From contig JAJDYG010000009.1 in NCBI GenBank assembly GCA_022822855.1, positions 32,460-96,459 on the forward strand: DNA of 64,000 nt, given 5' to 3'. The position numbers and the translations under genes are program-made. Positions 25,588 to 34,888 of the stretch are shown here, piece after piece. The notes under the pieces were generated by a model. That model searched no databases, was not told where the DNA came from, and saw only the letters and a list, made by a program, of their open reading frames with translations. Position 1 is the stretch's first letter; each line of letters opens with the position of its first letter. Source of the stretch: Dehalococcoidia bacterium (lineage in GTDB: Bacteria; Chloroflexota; Dehalococcoidia; Bin125).

Positions 25588-27594
25588 ATGCGCTCCATCG
25601 CCCTGCTCATTCTGGGACTGCTGATCGTCGCGGCGGTGTCGGCCGGCTGCGGCGAAGACGAGGCCTCCGAGCCGTTGGCCGAGCAATCTGAGCAAGTGGC
25701 GGAATCAGGTTCAGGCGATCAGCGAGCGGACACTCAGCGGCAGCAGCAAGCGCAACCACAGCCTCAGCCGGAGCAACCCGAGCGGAGCGAAGAGTCCGGC
25801 GAACCGAAACAACAGTCGGCCGCGCAACAATCCGAGCAGCCTGAGGCTGCGCCATCCGAGCAAGATCAATCGCAGCCGGAGCAACAGGCCGAAGCACAGA
25901 CACAGCAACAACAAGTGCAAGCGCAAGCGGAGGCAGAAGCTGAGACCAAGCTCGTCATTGGAGGCGACCGGCCGGCCACTCTGCTCCTGCCTGAGGAGGG
26001 AGATCGGTCGCAACCACGGCCGCTGATCGTCCTGCTGCACGGGTACGGCAGTCGTTCGGCCGAGGCGGACGCGTACTTCCGGTTCTCGCAATGGGTGGAC
26101 AAGGATGAGTTGGGACTGCTGCTGCCCGACGGGACGGTGGACGAGATTAGCAATCGGTTCTGGAATGCCACCGACGAGTGCTGCGACATCTTCGCGACTG
26201 AGCCGGACGATGTCGGTTACATCAAGTTGCTGATCGATGAAGCGCGAACGATCGCCGAGTTCGACCAGGTCTTCGCCGTCGGGCACTCCAACGGCGGGTT
26301 TATGGCCTATCGGCTCGCCTGCGAGGATGTGCCAGGCCTCACGGCGATCGTCAGTCTCGCCGGCGGCGCGTTCGCTAATCCCGAGGATTGCCGTGCGCCC
26401 GCTCCGCTGTCGGTGCTGCAGATTCATGGCACCGATGACAGTATTGTGCTCTACGAGGGCGGGCGCTTGCCCGCTCATCCCGATCCCGACCGCCAGCCCG
26501 TTCCCGGTGCGAAGGACTCGATGCTCCGATGGGCGGAGCGAGCCGGCTGCGACGCTGACAGAGCTGGAAGGCGTCCGCCGATCGATGGCGACACCGCAGT
26601 CGATGGGCGCGAGACGTCGGTGGTCCGCTTCTCCGACGGCTGTGCCGGTGGGACTGTGATGGAACTCTGGACAATCAAGGGCGGCGGTCACATACCGCTG
26701 GTCCGGGATACGGACTTCACGCCCGGGATCCTGAAGTGGCTCGGGGCGATCTACGACCCGAGCTCGGTCGCGGGCGGTCCCCCGAGCCGCAGCATCAGTT
26801 CGCACGCGATCGGGAATGAGCGGCAGGCGGAGTTGCTGTTGCCAGAGGGCCGCGAGGGCGAGACGTTGCCGCTGATCCTGTCGCTGCACGGCTACCAGGG
26901 CGACGCGGCGGCGCACGACTGGTACTTCGGACTTTCGGAACGGATCCTGGGCTACAACTTCGCGTTGATCACGCCGCAGGGCACAACAGATTCGCGGGGC
27001 AACCCCTTCTGGAACGCGACCGACGGCTGTTGCAACTTCCATGGCAGCGAGGTTGACGACTACGGCTGGCTGACCGGTCTGGTCGCGGACGCGCGTGAGA
27101 TCGTTGATATCTCGGGCGTGTACGTGGTTGGCTACTCAAACGGCAGTTTCATGTCGTATCGGCTCGCCTGCGACGGACTTGAGGGTCTGGTCGCGATCGC
27201 CAGTCTGGCCGGCTCGTCCTTTGGGGATCCCGAGCGCTGCGCCGACGCCATGCCGATCTCGGTGCTGCAGGTCCATGGCACCAACGACCTGGACATCCCG
27301 TACGCGGGAACGCTCGAACATGCAGGAGGCTATCCCGGAGCGGTTGAGCTCACTCAGCGCTGGGCCGAGCGCGCCGGCTGCGACGCGACTGCGGTCGAAG
27401 AGTTGGCCGGCATCGATCTCGAGGCGCAGATCGACGGGGCCGAGACCGCGGTTCAGCGAATCCGCGACGGCTGCGCTGACCGCATCACCATCGAACTGTG
27501 GACGATCGAAGAAGCAGATCACTTTCCCATGTTCCAGGACGACTGGCCCGATCGTCTCTTGGACTGGCTGTTCAACGAATCGCGGACGAACTAG
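25588..27594 (+). CDS. Lipoprotein with tandem esterase (PHB-depolymerase-like, alpha/beta-hydrolase) domains
   Basis: Signal peptide plus lipobox (LLIVAAVSAGCG), then a Q/E/P-rich linker. Two homologous domains follow, each with LHGY..G.H / G-x-S-x-G (VGHSNGGF and VGYSNGSF) and repeated FWNATD(E/G)CC. Confidence 0.75.
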   Translation: MRSIALLILGLLIVAAVSAGCGEDEASEPLAEQSEQVAESGSGDQRADTQRQQQAQPQPQPEQPERSEESGEPKQQSAAQQSEQPEAAPSEQDQSQPEQQAEAQTQQQQVQAQAEAEAETKLVIGGDRPATLLLPEEGDRSQPRPLIVLLHGYGSRSAEADAYFRFSQWVDKDELGLLLPDGTVDEISNRFWNATDECCDIFATEPDDVGYIKLLIDEARTIAEFDQVFAVGHSNGGFMAYRLACEDVPGLTAIVSLAGGAFANPEDCRAPAPLSVLQIHGTDDSIVLYEGGRLPAHPDPDRQPVPGAKDSMLRWAERAGCDADRAGRRPPIDGDTAVDGRETSVVRFSDGCAGGTVMELWTIKGGGHIPLVRDTDFTPGILKWLGAIYDPSSVAGGPPSRSISSHAIGNERQAELLLPEGREGETLPLILSLHGYQGDAAAHDWYFGLSERILGYNFALITPQGTTDSRGNPFWNATDGCCNFHGSEVDDYGWLTGLVADAREIVDISGVYVVGYSNGSFMSYRLACDGLEGLVAIASLAGSSFGDPERCADAMPISVLQVHGTNDLDIPYAGTLEHAGGYPGAVELTQRWAERAGCDATAVEELAGIDLEAQIDGAETAVQRIRDGCADRITIELWTIEEADHFPMFQDDWPDRLLDWLFNESRTN

Positions 27595-27600
27595 CGGCTG

Positions 27601-28185
27601 ATGCTGCGCAAGCTGGGTATGGTCGGACTTGGCGTTCCGCTGATCGCGATCGTTGGCGCACTGATCTACCTGTTCCTGTTCGGTACCTCCGAGCCGACCT
27701 TCGATGCCGCGACACGGGAACTGGCCCGCGACCACACCGTCCTGCGTATCCGCGATGAGCCGCCGGCTGCGCTCATCGCTCCCGACGAGCCGCCCGAGTC
27801 GGTCATCCTGGTTCTCGTCCTGCCCGACGACGCGCGGCACGTCTGGTCGGCGACCCAGGCGCTCGGACTTCTGGACGAGGTCGATAGCCACGGATTGGCC
27901 GTGATTCCGGTCAACACCCCGCTTGAACGCGATCAACTGTCGGAGTTGGTCGAGCTCGCCGCCGAGTTCGTCACGCCGAGCCGCATCTACCTTGCTGCCT
28001 TCAAAGGCGGGCCACTCTCCGCCGTCTGCGAGGGCGAGCTACCGGACGGCTGGTCGGGCGTCGCAGTCGTGGATGTGGCGGGACGCGAGTCGTTGGATCA
28101 CTGCGCCGATCTGCCCGTCTTGCGGATCGAGGGACAGCACAATCCGGCCCCTCGTATCGTGCAGTGGATGCTGGAGCCGGAATGA
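27601..28185 (+). CDS. Membrane-anchored degenerate esterase-like protein (catalytic Ser replaced)
   Basis: N-terminal TM. Its layout parallels the upstream esterase domains (LAVIPVNTP ~ LLLPDGTVD; LPVLRIEGQHN ~ LSVLQIHGTDD). The nucleophile elbow is changed to AAFKGGP. Confidence 0.4.
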   Translation: MLRKLGMVGLGVPLIAIVGALIYLFLFGTSEPTFDAATRELARDHTVLRIRDEPPAALIAPDEPPESVILVLVLPDDARHVWSATQALGLLDEVDSHGLAVIPVNTPLERDQLSELVELAAEFVTPSRIYLAAFKGGPLSAVCEGELPDGWSGVAVVDVAGRESLDHCADLPVLRIEGQHNPAPRIVQWMLEPE

Positions 28186-28640
28186 CGTTGTCTGAAGCCC
28201 TCCGCGACCTGTCCCTCGATCGCAGCGACGACATCGCTATCGCCGTGTCGGACCGCTTGCCGGGTGATGCCGCGGCGCGCCTGGCCCAGGCGATCACGGC
28301 TCGCCTGCAAGAGGCGGCCGTGCCGCGCGATCAGCGCACATGGATCATCGCGACACGCAATGACGACGAAGCCGCGGCCTCGCTTGTGGCTGCCGTCTCG
28401 GACCACATCGATGGAGCTCGGCTGATCATCCATGACTCGCGCGAGACCGACGACCTGACCTTCCAGCGTCGAATTCCCGGCCAGCGAAGAGGCGGCATCT
28501 ATCTCAGTCACGCGTGGCAGTCGGCCAGCGTCAGAATCGCGTGCGGCGAGCCGCGACGAGTGCTGTTCGGCCTCAGCGCGTGGTTCAACGGCCCGAGGCA
28601 ATTGGACGAGTCTGACCTGAACGCCACGGTGTGCCTATAG
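28182..28640 (+). CDS. Hypothetical protein
   Basis: ORF with its start in an ATGA overlap with the upstream stop (translational coupling). No recognisable domain. Confidence 0.35.
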   Translation: MTLSEALRDLSLDRSDDIAIAVSDRLPGDAAARLAQAITARLQEAAVPRDQRTWIIATRNDDEAAASLVAAVSDHIDGARLIIHDSRETDDLTFQRRIPGQRRGGIYLSHAWQSASVRIACGEPRRVLFGLSAWFNGPRQLDESDLNATVCL

Positions 28641-28685
28641 GGGCGATCACAAGGGTCGCCACGCCAGGTTGGCTCGTTCGGAGAG

Positions 28686-29912
28686 TTAGCCGCGAGGCAA
28701 GCCGAGGCCGCGGGTGGCGATGATGTTGCGCTGGATCTCCGAGGTGCCGCCCTCGATCGTGTTGGCGATCGAGCGGATGAACGCGTACGAGTGGCGACCG
28801 CGACGCGGTGCTTCCTTGCCCTGGAGTTGGCCGTGCAGGCCGAGCACCTTGACCGCTGTGCTCTGGATGCGCTGGTTGAGTTCCATTGCGAACAGCTTGG
28901 CCATTGAGGCCTCGTGGTTGGGGATCAGGCCCTGGTTCTGCATTGAGACAATCCGGTAGGAGATCATCCGGGCGGTCTGCGTCTCGATGTAGCGGTCAGT
29001 CAGCGCCAGCTGAGTCTCGCGCCTGTCGACCGACGAGAGGCCGCTGCCGCGGTTCTCCTTGGCGTAGCGGATGATGTCCTCGACCGACTGCTGCATGCCG
29101 ACGGCGGAGCCGATGCTGGAGCGCTCGAAGTCGAGCGTGGTCACTGCGCCGTACCAGCCTCTGTTGACTTCGCCCAGCACGTTGCGCTGCGGGATGCGGA
29201 CATCCTCGAAGAAGACCTCGTTGAACTCGTGCGTGCCGGCCATGTTGACCAACGGGCGCGTCGAGACGCCGGGCGAGTGCATATCGAGCACGAAGTAGGT
29301 AATGCCCCGGTGCTTGGGCGCGTCGGGGTCGGTACGGGCCAGGAGGATCATCCAGTCCGACTTGTGCGCGCCCGATGTCCAGATCTTCTGGCCGTTGACG
29401 ACGAAGTCGTCTCCGTCCTTGACGGCGCGAGTCTGCAGCGAGGCGAGGTCGGAACCGGAGCCCGGCTCGGAGTATCCCTGACACCAGATCGCGTCGCCGC
29501 TGAGGATCGGCGGCAGGTGCTCTTCCTGCTGATCCTCCGTGCCAATCGTGATGATCGTGGGGCCGGCCATGCCGATCGCGATGCCGCCTGGTCGCGGCGC
29601 GCGCGCCTCGGCCATCTCCTCGTTGAAGATGAACTGCTGCATCACGGAGAGTCCGGCGCCGCCGTATTGCTTCGGCCAGGCGGGAGCGATCCAGCCGCGG
29701 TCGGCCAGCTCCTTCTCCCACTCCCGCTGGGTCGGCGGGCGGTCAAACGGTTGCGCGGCTCGCGCTTCCTCGCGCATCTTGTTGCGCCGAGGCTGGAATT
29801 CGTCCTTGATGAACGACTTCACCTCGGTGCGGAATGCGGCTTCTTCGTTGTTGTCGTGGAAGTCAACCATCATGCGTCTCCATCCGGGCCAGTTCACAGC
29901 ATCGTATCTCAA
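28686..29912 (-). CDS. Acyl-CoA dehydrogenase (paralog of 16182-17390)
   Basis: Collinear ACAD motifs (GYSEPGSGSDLASL, QKIWTSGAH, IEGGTSEIQRNIIA). Confidence 0.85.
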   Translation of the reverse strand: MRYDAVNWPGWRRMMVDFHDNNEEAAFRTEVKSFIKDEFQPRRNKMREEARAAQPFDRPPTQREWEKELADRGWIAPAWPKQYGGAGLSVMQQFIFNEEMAEARAPRPGGIAIGMAGPTIITIGTEDQQEEHLPPILSGDAIWCQGYSEPGSGSDLASLQTRAVKDGDDFVVNGQKIWTSGAHKSDWMILLARTDPDAPKHRGITYFVLDMHSPGVSTRPLVNMAGTHEFNEVFFEDVRIPQRNVLGEVNRGWYGAVTTLDFERSSIGSAVGMQQSVEDIIRYAKENRGSGLSSVDRRETQLALTDRYIETQTARMISYRIVSMQNQGLIPNHEASMAKLFAMELNQRIQSTAVKVLGLHGQLQGKEAPRRGRHSYAFIRSIANTIEGGTSEIQRNIIATRGLGLPRG

Positions 29913-29926
29913 GTGAGGGCTAGACT

Positions 29927-30670
29927 TTGGCCATGGTTCGCAAACGGATGCTCGAGGACGACGCCCGGCGGTTGCTGGGCGGATCGCCGGTGGCGATCGT
30001 CAGCACGAACTGGCGAGGCGTCGGCAATGCGGCGCCGATTGCCTGGTCGATGCCGGTCTCGGTCAATCCGCCCCTGGTCGCGATCGCAGTGCATCCTTCG
30101 CGGCGCACCCACGACATGATCAAGTTTGGGGAAGAGTTCGCGATCAATATCCCATCGAAGGTGCTGCTCAATCACACGCAGTGGCTGGGTATGGTATCGA
30201 ACACGATCGGCGACAAATTAGAAGCATCCCGTGTGCCCTCGTTCAAAGGCAAGGAGATTGATTCACCCTTGCTCGAGGGTTGCATCGGTTGGATTGAATG
30301 TACGCTTCATGACTTCTACACAGTGGGCGATCATACGTTATTCATCGGCAAAGTTGTGTCGGCTCAGGCCGATACGGACGGTTTCGATTTCAACACCGGT
30401 ATGTGGTCGCTGGACGACGATGAGTACAAGCCGCTGATGTACCTGGGCGGCCGCAGCTACAGCATCCTCGACGATCTCTTCGACGCGACGGTCGAGCAAC
30501 GCCCGGTCGAACAGATGCTTGAGGAGGGTATCGGGCGGGAGCTGGAGGAGGCTGAGGCTGAGCGCCGCATCAAGCGCGAGGAAGAAGCCGAGCGTCGTGA
30601 GGAAGAAGAGCGTCGCGGGGAGGCCGAGCCCGATACGTCAAGCCTGCCGCGAGAGCTACCCGATGCGTAG
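29927..30670 (+). CDS. Flavin reductase-like domain protein with Glu/Arg-rich C-terminal tail
   Basis: Flavin reductase-like core (LLGGSPVAIVSTNWRGVGNAAPIAWSMPVS). C-terminal EAEAERRIKREEEAERREEEERRGEAE charged segment. Confidence 0.7.
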   Translation: MAMVRKRMLEDDARRLLGGSPVAIVSTNWRGVGNAAPIAWSMPVSVNPPLVAIAVHPSRRTHDMIKFGEEFAINIPSKVLLNHTQWLGMVSNTIGDKLEASRVPSFKGKEIDSPLLEGCIGWIECTLHDFYTVGDHTLFIGKVVSAQADTDGFDFNTGMWSLDDDEYKPLMYLGGRSYSILDDLFDATVEQRPVEQMLEEGIGRELEEAEAERRIKREEEAERREEEERRGEAEPDTSSLPRELPDA

Positions 30671-32882
30671 TCGCCATGTGCGCCATGTCCCTGTCGAGCT
30701 GGCTGCCGCTGCGTTCATCGTGGTTGCTCTCGTCCTCGTCGCGCTGTCAGGGACTCCAGGTAGCGACCCAACGTCGGCCCAGGACCAAGATGAAGCGGTC
30801 ACGGCGCGGGTCGTGGCCCGAGATGCGACGGGCAACCGAATTGAGTTCGGGATCCGCACTGGGGAAAGGACATACCTTCCCGACGAGCGCTTCATGTCTC
30901 GAAACAGGAGGAGCGTGCGCTGGGCGCAGAGTTCTGAGGTCGTCATCGCGGACGGGCGGGCGCTACATGTGACTGCGCGGCGACTCACGAGCGGCAGCTT
31001 CGAGTTTGGGATTCGCGTCGACGGTGTGACAGAGCGGCTCCTGCCCCAGTCACGTTTCGTATCGGCCGACCGGGACCTCGACGAGTGGCTCGACAGCAGC
31101 CCCGTCACACTGCCACATCCGGAGATACTGCGGACCGTCACGCCTGTCTCGCCGGAATTGCTCGGGCTTGGGAGCAGTCATAGCTGTGCCGTGACGGGCG
31201 ATGGAAGCATCGAGTGCTGGGGTTCCCACGAGTACGGTCAGAATGACCCGCCAGACGGGCAGTTCCTGACGATCAGCGCCGATGCAGTCCAGAGTTGCGC
31301 TTTGAATGTCGGCGGCGGCATCGTCTGCTGGGGCGACAACAGCCTGGGTCAACTCGATGCGCCGGTGGGACGCTATGTTGCGCTCGGCATAGGCGGTGTT
31401 CATGGCTGCGCACTGGATGAGGACGGGGCCATCGATTGCTGGGGACTCGACTTCAATGGGCAGGCAACATCGCCGGAGGGCAGGTTTGTCGCCCTGAGCT
31501 CGGGCACCGGCCACAACTGCGCCATCACCACATCCGGCGAAGTGGAATGCTGGGGCGACAATCTGTGGGGTCAGTCTGACGCTCCCGAGGGGCGCTTCGT
31601 TGCTGTTGACGCGGGAGGCGCCCATAGCTGCGCTCAGGATGCAGCAGGCGCGATTCAATGCTGGGGCTACGGTGGCGATGGTCAGTTGGGCATTCCACCC
31701 GGCCGATACACCAGTTTCGTCGCCGGAGCCTGGCATACCTGTGCCATTGACGGCGACGGTCATCTCGGCTGTTGGGGTTGGGACGGTCACAACCAGAGCA
31801 GTCCGCCGCCGGGATCCTACGCTGCAGTTGGCGCAGGCGGTGCACACACCTGCGGCGTTGCGACCGACGGCAGCGTCCGCTGTTGGGGCTCAAACGGCGC
31901 CGGTCAGACCGAGTCGCCGAGTGGAGAGTTCAGCGAGGTTGTGGCAGGTTTCTTACACACCTGTGCTCTCGACGAGGAGGGCGCCGCCTCATGTTGGGGC
32001 ACAAACGGAGATGGTCAATCGGACGCACCGGAAGGGTCGTTCATCTCAATCGGTCCCGGCCTGTCACATACCTGCGCGGTCGACCAGGACAATGAGTTGG
32101 TCTGTTGGGGCTGGGATGGCTACGGCCAGACCGATGCGCCTGTCAGCGAGCTACCCGAGGATGAATCGCGGTTGGTTCCGTTCAGACTCGGGGACAGCGA
32201 CTGCGAACAGGACGAGTTCGGCGCCTTCAGCAGAGATACCTGTTGGGGCAGCGACGAGGATTCTCCGCTCAGTCCACCGAGGGTAAGTCACTACCAGACG
32301 GTCGGCAGCGGAGGTTCATTCTCTTGCGCCCTCACGCTCAACAACGAGATCGACTGCTGGGGCACCGGGCGAAGCGGGCAACTGGAGTCGCCTTCTGGCC
32401 AGTGGCGGAGGCTGAGCGTCGGCTTTGCGCATGCCTGCGCACTGGACGAAGCTGGCGAGATCACCTGCTGGGGGGCGAACTCATACGGACAGTCTGATGC
32501 GCCGGAAGGGCCATTCGTGTCCATCTCGGCGGGAATCGTGCATACCTGCGCACTTGATGCCGCAGGTCAGGTCACCTGCTGGGGCGACGACGAATACGGA
32601 CAACTCGAGATCACGCCAGGGTCCTACGAAGTCGTGTCGTGCGGCGGGGAACACACTTGCGCGATGACCGCCTCGGGCGAGATCTCCTGCTGGGGACGCG
32701 ACGTCTGGGGTCAGGCGAGCCCGCCTGAAGGCGTGTACACCGCGCTGTCGGTGGGCGCCGAGCACAGTTGCGCCCTGAACGAGGAGGGCGAGATCGTCTG
32801 CTGGGGCATCAACAGGTACGGGAACACCGACGTCCCGGAAGCGCTCCAGCAGCCCGGCGCCGTCTCGGTTGCGAGCGAATAG
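30663..32882 (+). CDS. Membrane-anchored RCC1-repeat (beta-propeller) protein with N-terminal novel tandem repeat module
   Basis: N-terminal TM (AAAFIVVALVLVAL), then two ~55-aa repeats (ARxxxGxxEFGIR...LP..RF). About 15 RCC1-like blades follow, each with H-x-C-A ... C-W-G-x-(N/D)-x-x-G-Q. Start at the ATG overlapping the upstream stop. Confidence 0.8.
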   Translation: MRSRHVRHVPVELAAAAFIVVALVLVALSGTPGSDPTSAQDQDEAVTARVVARDATGNRIEFGIRTGERTYLPDERFMSRNRRSVRWAQSSEVVIADGRALHVTARRLTSGSFEFGIRVDGVTERLLPQSRFVSADRDLDEWLDSSPVTLPHPEILRTVTPVSPELLGLGSSHSCAVTGDGSIECWGSHEYGQNDPPDGQFLTISADAVQSCALNVGGGIVCWGDNSLGQLDAPVGRYVALGIGGVHGCALDEDGAIDCWGLDFNGQATSPEGRFVALSSGTGHNCAITTSGEVECWGDNLWGQSDAPEGRFVAVDAGGAHSCAQDAAGAIQCWGYGGDGQLGIPPGRYTSFVAGAWHTCAIDGDGHLGCWGWDGHNQSSPPPGSYAAVGAGGAHTCGVATDGSVRCWGSNGAGQTESPSGEFSEVVAGFLHTCALDEEGAASCWGTNGDGQSDAPEGSFISIGPGLSHTCAVDQDNELVCWGWDGYGQTDAPVSELPEDESRLVPFRLGDSDCEQDEFGAFSRDTCWGSDEDSPLSPPRVSHYQTVGSGGSFSCALTLNNEIDCWGTGRSGQLESPSGQWRRLSVGFAHACALDEAGEITCWGANSYGQSDAPEGPFVSISAGIVHTCALDAAGQVTCWGDDEYGQLEITPGSYEVVSCGGEHTCAMTASGEISCWGRDVWGQASPPEGVYTALSVGAEHSCALNEEGEIVCWGINRYGNTDVPEALQQPGAVSVASE

Positions 32883-33726
32883 AGCTTTGACTCAGGAGAT
32901 CGTGCGCAGGATCGTTGAGGGCGACAACCTGCCAATCCTGCAGGGGTTGCCCAATGAGAGCGTGCAGCTCGCATACACCGATCCGCCGTTCAACACCGGC
33001 AATGTGCGGACGTATCAGCGATTTCGGACAACCCAAGATGAACAGGGCGACCGTACCGGATTCGGTGGTCGCCGATACCGCTCTGAGGAGACATCGTCGC
33101 ACTCGTACTCCGATGCGTTCGAGGAGTACATCGGCTTTCTCGCTCCCAGGCTCGCCGAGATCTGGCGGGTCTTGCGCTTGGATGGAACCCTGTATCTGCA
33201 CCTCGACGCACGCGAGGTCCACTATGTGAAAGTCTTGCTCGACAGCATCTTCGGTCGCGACTGCTTTCTCAATGAAATCGTCTGGGCTTATGACTTTGGC
33301 GGCCGGCCCAAACGGCGTTGGCCGGCCAAACATGACAACATCCTGGTCTACGTCAAGGATCGGGAGCAGTACGTGTTCAACCGAGACGAGATCGATCGCA
33401 TTCCCTATCTGGCGCCGGGCTTGGTTGGGAAGGAGAAGGCAGCGCGAGGGAAACTGCCGACGGATGTCTGGTGGCACACGATCGTCGGGACCAGCGCCAA
33501 GGAACGGACCGGATATCCGACGCAGAAGCCCGTTGCACTGGCGGAGCGGATCATTCGGGCGTCCAGCGATGCGGGGGAATTGGTGCTCGATCCGTTCGCC
33601 GGCAGCGGGACCGTCGGCGCGGCCTCAGCGCATCTCGGTCGCCGATACCTATTGGTCGACAGCAATCCCGAGGCTGTCGCGGTGATGTCGGAGCGATTGC
33701 CCGACGCCGAGGTGGTCAGACCGTGA
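32869..33726 (+). CDS. DNA methyltransferase (N6-adenine/N4-cytosine, beta-class), apparently orphan
   Basis: Motif IV TDPPFNTG precedes motif I PFAGSGT near the C-terminus. The start overlaps the RCC1 gene end. No restriction enzyme gene is adjacent. Confidence 0.8.
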   Translation: MRANRALTQEIVRRIVEGDNLPILQGLPNESVQLAYTDPPFNTGNVRTYQRFRTTQDEQGDRTGFGGRRYRSEETSSHSYSDAFEEYIGFLAPRLAEIWRVLRLDGTLYLHLDAREVHYVKVLLDSIFGRDCFLNEIVWAYDFGGRPKRRWPAKHDNILVYVKDREQYVFNRDEIDRIPYLAPGLVGKEKAARGKLPTDVWWHTIVGTSAKERTGYPTQKPVALAERIIRASSDAGELVLDPFAGSGTVGAASAHLGRRYLLVDSNPEAVAVMSERLPDAEVVRP

Positions 33727-34771
33727 TATTCGGCGCGCATTCCTGCATGAACAGACTCATCGACTTCGTCACCTGATCGTGCGGCACCATTCCTCCTGGG
33801 TTGCACCAGGTGAGGAAGTGACCGACTCCGTAACGCTCGCTCAAGGCTGAGAGCTTGGCCGTGACCTCGTCCGGATTGCCGATCGCGCAGAGCTTGTCGA
33901 CGACCTCTTCGTAGGTGGCGTTTCGATTCCGAGCCAGCAGTGGGGGCAGGTCATTGGGGTCGCCGCCGCGTCGGGTCCAGCCGCGGAAGCCGGTATCACT
34001 GACGACCTTCATGTAGCTCATCATGCTTGCTTCGACTTCCGCCCTTGCAGTTTCCGACGACTCGTGGACATGCACCGGCAGCAACAGTCCGGCGTCAGAC
34101 GCGGTCGCGTCGGGCCGCGCCTGCCAGTACATCTCGAAGCGGCGATCGAGATCTTCGTCGAATGCGGTGATCGGACTTGCGAACACCCGCCACTGCTCGT
34201 CGCTGGCTCGTACGAACGATTCGTCGCTATTCGCCGCCATCCGTAGCGGCGGTCCCGGACGCTGGATCGGCTTTGGCACGACTTGCACGTTGCGGTAGCT
34301 GAAGTGGTCGCCCTCGAAGTTGACGGGACCATCGGCCCAGGCCTGCTGGATCACGGCCAGCGCCTCGTTGAAGCGTCCGGCGCGGTCGGCCATGCGCACA
34401 TTGAACCCGGCGAAGTGCTCGGCGATGCTCCCGCGTCCGATGCCGAACTCGAGCCGACCACCGGAAATGATGTCGACTGTGGCGGCATCTTCAGCGGCGC
34501 GAATCGGATCGGACAGGGCGAGCAGCGCGACTCCGGTGCCCAGGCGGATCCGTTCAGTCTGCGACGCTGCCGCCGCCATGGTCACCATCGGCGACGGCAG
34601 CACGGAGAATTCGCGGACGAAGTGCATCTCGGCCAGCCAGGCGGCATCCCAGCCGATCCGGTCGCCGTGGACAATCTGGGCGATGGTGTCGCGATAACGC
34701 CGCGGCACGTCCTGCCCGTCGGCCTGGGGTAGCTGGAAGAAGAGCCCGAACTCTGCAGGTTGGCCCGGCAT
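33716..34771 (-). CDS. LLM-class flavin-dependent oxidoreductase (luciferase-like monooxygenase)
   Basis: Luciferase-like monooxygenase N-terminal pattern (FGLFFQLP..., AEMHF). The 3' end overlaps the MTase 3' end by 11 nt (convergent). Confidence 0.8.
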   Translation of the reverse strand: MPGQPAEFGLFFQLPQADGQDVPRRYRDTIAQIVHGDRIGWDAAWLAEMHFVREFSVLPSPMVTMAAAASQTERIRLGTGVALLALSDPIRAAEDAATVDIISGGRLEFGIGRGSIAEHFAGFNVRMADRAGRFNEALAVIQQAWADGPVNFEGDHFSYRNVQVVPKPIQRPGPPLRMAANSDESFVRASDEQWRVFASPITAFDEDLDRRFEMYWQARPDATASDAGLLLPVHVHESSETARAEVEASMMSYMKVVSDTGFRGWTRRGGDPNDLPPLLARNRNATYEEVVDKLCAIGNPDEVTAKLSALSERYGVGHFLTWCNPGGMVPHDQVTKSMSLFMQECAPNITV

Positions 34772-34888
34772 CGTCGCCCTCCGCTCTTCCCAGCTTCGGA
34801 TAGTGGCAGGCTAACCGACGACCTCATGGGCAGACCTCACAGACCTATACTCGACGCCAGAACGCAAGAGGCATGAGAGGGTCCGACG

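Noticed and set aside
25588-27594. Tandem esterase domains as an assembly duplication artifact
   Set aside because: The two domains are clearly diverged in sequence and are joined in-frame by unique linker sequence, so this is a genuine intragenic duplication.
32869-34771. Restriction-modification system or mobile element around the DNA methyltransferase
   Set aside because: No endonuclease, specificity subunit, integrase or transposase ORF was found on either strand. Flanking genes are an RCC1 protein and a luciferase-like monooxygenase. It is reported as an orphan MTase instead.
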